Positions 62,195 through 64,000 of a stretch of 64,000 bases of DNA are shown in pieces. The translations under genes and the position numbers were made by a program. A model generated the notes under the pieces. It saw only the letters and a program-made list of their open reading frames with translations, had not been told where the DNA came from and ran no database searches. Origin of the DNA: Acutalibacteraceae bacterium (GTDB lineage Bacteria; Bacillota; Clostridia; Oscillospirales; Acutalibacteraceae); the NCBI GenBank assembly GCA_045638145.1, contig JAZUAU010000027.1, positions 70,496-134,495 on the forward strand, read 5' to 3'. Numbering within the stretch: position 1 is the first letter of the stretch; each line of letters starts with the position of its first letter.

Positions 62195-62863
62195 ATGATG
62201 AAAAAACAAATGACTTATATGGAATCTGTCCACCACTACGGAAGAATTTGGGGGGTAATTGTTGCCGCCCTTATTATCGCAGTGCCCTTTATTCTAGCTG
62301 TGGTTTTTTCTGCCGTTCCTAAGTGGGATGCCCTCGCAAAGGGACTTATCGCAACCCTTCCCATGTATTGGGCGGTTGGCTTTATCGAGATTTTTACTTA
62401 CGTGCCCATGCTTGGTGCCGGCGGTACATATCTTTCCTTTGTAACAGGTAATATCTCAAATCTCAAGCTCCCCTGCGGTGTTGACGCTATTGAGCGCTCG
62501 TGCTATGATAAGTCGAGCGAGGAAGCAGAGGTTGTCTCTACCATTGCAATCGCAGTTTCTTCGATTGTTACTACCGTTATAATAATCCTCGGCGTGCTTC
62601 TTATCGTGCCGCTGACACCCCTGCTCGAAAACCCCGTTTTAGAGCCTGCCTTTGAGATGATTCTGCCTGCCCTCTTCGGTGGTCTTGGCGTTGTATTTAT
62701 TTCAAAGAATGTAAAGTTGTCAATAGCACCCATCGTTTTAATGCTTGCACTTTTCATCTCGATTCCTGCCCTTAACAAGGGTACAGTAGGAATTATGGTG
62801 CCGGTCGGCGTTGTGTTTACCATCGTCGTTGCCCGCATTATGTATAAGAAAGGTTGGCTGTAA
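62195..62863 (+). CDS. Polytopic membrane protein, unknown function
   Basis: ATGATG after a GGGGGAGAG RBS, with about 6 hydrophobic helices. Tightly linked to its neighbours. Confidence 0.6.
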   Translation: MMKKQMTYMESVHHYGRIWGVIVAALIIAVPFILAVVFSAVPKWDALAKGLIATLPMYWAVGFIEIFTYVPMLGAGGTYLSFVTGNISNLKLPCGVDAIERSCYDKSSEEAEVVSTIAIAVSSIVTTVIIILGVLLIVPLTPLLENPVLEPAFEMILPALFGGLGVVFISKNVKLSIAPIVLMLALFISIPALNKGTVGIMVPVGVVFTIVVARIMYKKGWL

Positions 62864-62865
62864 TT

Positions 62866-64000
62866 ATGGGATATCTTTTTCTCCTACTCGGTATCGCACT
62901 TATTATATTTTTAGCGGTGCTTGTTATCCGTGCAGCTCGTTTTACACCGAAATCGGATGTAACGGTTATAGAAGATGAAGAGGTTTTTAACAAGGCTGCG
63001 GCAGTAGAGCGCCTGCAAAAGCTTATCCGCTTCAAAACGGTATCCTACCGCGACCCGTCACTCGAGGATGATGCGGAATTTAAAAGGCTTATTGACGCTC
63101 TGCCCGAGCTTTATCCGAACGTTTTTAAGGTCTGCGAGTGCTCACTCCTCGCCGACCGTGGACTCCTCTTCCGTTGGAAGGGCAAAAATGAGGGCAACCC
63201 TGCCGTTCTTATGGCTCATTACGACGTTGTTCCCGTAAACGAAGAGGCTTGGGACAAGCCTGCATTTGAGGGAATTATCGAGGACGGTGTTCTTTGGGGA
63301 CGCGGCTCGCTTGATACCAAGGTCACCTTTAACGGTGTGCTTTCTGCCGCTGACCACCTCATTTCCGAGGGCTTTACCCCCGAGTATGACATTTATTTTG
63401 CATTTTCGGGCGGTGAAGAGGTCAACGGTCGCGGTGCTGTAAATATGGTCGACCTTTTCGAGCAAAACGGCATTACTCCCTCTCTCGTTGTTGACGAGGG
63501 CGGCGCAGTGGTCGAGAACGTTTTCCCCGGTGTAAAAGCCCCCTGCGGACTTATCGGAATTGCCGAAAAGGGTATGATGGACGTTCGCTACACCGCAAAA
63601 TCTCAGGGCGGTCACGCATCTGCACCGAAGCCCAATTCGCCCATCGTCCGTCTTTCAAAGGCTTGTCTCACACTCGAGAAAAAGCCCTTCAAATCTCACC
63701 TTACAAAGCCTGTTGCCGAGCTTTTCGACACCCTCGGCAGACACTCAAGTTTTGTAATGAGGATTGTTTTTGCTAACTTCCCCCTTTTCAAGGGTCTGCT
63801 TGATGAATTTATGTGCAAGAAATCGGGCGGCGAGATTAACGCTCTGCTTCGCACTACCGTCGCCTTTACCCAGAGTGAGGGCAGCACGGCATCTAACGTA
63901 ATTCCCCCCGAGGCATCTATGATTTCTAACATTCGTCTGAACCCCGAGGACACGATGGATTCCGCCCTCGAATATCTGAAAGCTACTGTCGGCGACGGTG
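62866..64000 (+). CDS. Membrane-anchored M20-family metallopeptidase (3' end beyond the window)
   Basis: Not in the ORF track because there is no stop in the window. I translated it by hand: N-terminal TM 'LFLLLGIALIIFLAVLVI', 'LMAHYDVVP', 'WGRGSLDTK', 'FSGGEEV'. The frame is open to nt 64000. Confidence 0.75.
   Translation, partial: MGYLFLLLGIALIIFLAVLVIRAARFTPKSDVTVIEDEEVFNKAAAVERLQKLIRFKTVSYRDPSLEDDAEFKRLIDALPELYPNVFKVCECSLLADRGLLFRWKGKNEGNPAVLMAHYDVVPVNEEAWDKPAFEGIIEDGVLWGRGSLDTKVTFNGVLSAADHLISEGFTPEYDIYFAFSGGEEVNGRGAVNMVDLFEQNGITPSLVVDEGGAVVENVFPGVKAPCGLIGIAEKGMMDVRYTAKSQGGHASAPKPNSPIVRLSKACLTLEKKPFKSHLTKPVAELFDTLGRHSSFVMRIVFANFPLFKGLLDEFMCKKSGGEINALLRTTVAFTQSEGSTASNVIPPEASMISNIRLNPEDTMDSALEYLKATVGDG

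Overview
This is a chromosomal segment from a spore-forming Firmicute, probably a Clostridia/Oscillospiraceae-like anaerobe. That placement is an inference from spoVAE, a T-box leader on pheST, an Hnd-type hydrogenase and GGAGG ribosome-binding sites. Most of the window is core metabolism and housekeeping:
- pnuC, a lone spoVAE, ruvX, nth, tcdA, pheST, ireB, yhaM, trmK, rqcH and pgeF
- a yerC-like/metY/metA unit and a livJHMGF amino-acid ABC transporter
- a DegV/PAQR/DegV unit
- a 10-gene electron-bifurcating [FeFe]-hydrogenase operon (hndA-D) with an embedded sensory/regulatory module
- an ABC-F ATPase, uxaC, and a membrane-anchored M20 peptidase that runs off the 3' edge
- three tRNAs: Leu-CAG, Arg-CCG and Thr-UGU

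The clear accessory region is 1977..15016. It holds an 11.3-kb, 11-gene minus-strand operon: tetR, two SipW-type signal peptidases, seven TasA/camelysin-fold paralogues and one small membrane protein. Two of the paralogues carry large beta-helix passenger domains, and one carries a (S/P)PXTG sorting signal. I read this operon as a candidate multi-subunit TasA-like surface-fibre system. Next to it is a tyrosine recombinase gene bracketed by a perfect 25-nt inverted repeat, which may be an invertible switch or a decayed integrative element.

Several structured intergenic repeats and attenuator-like leaders are also reported. Coordinates of non-ORF features were counted by hand and may be off by 1-2 nt. 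All functional calls rest on motif recognition only; no database search was possible.
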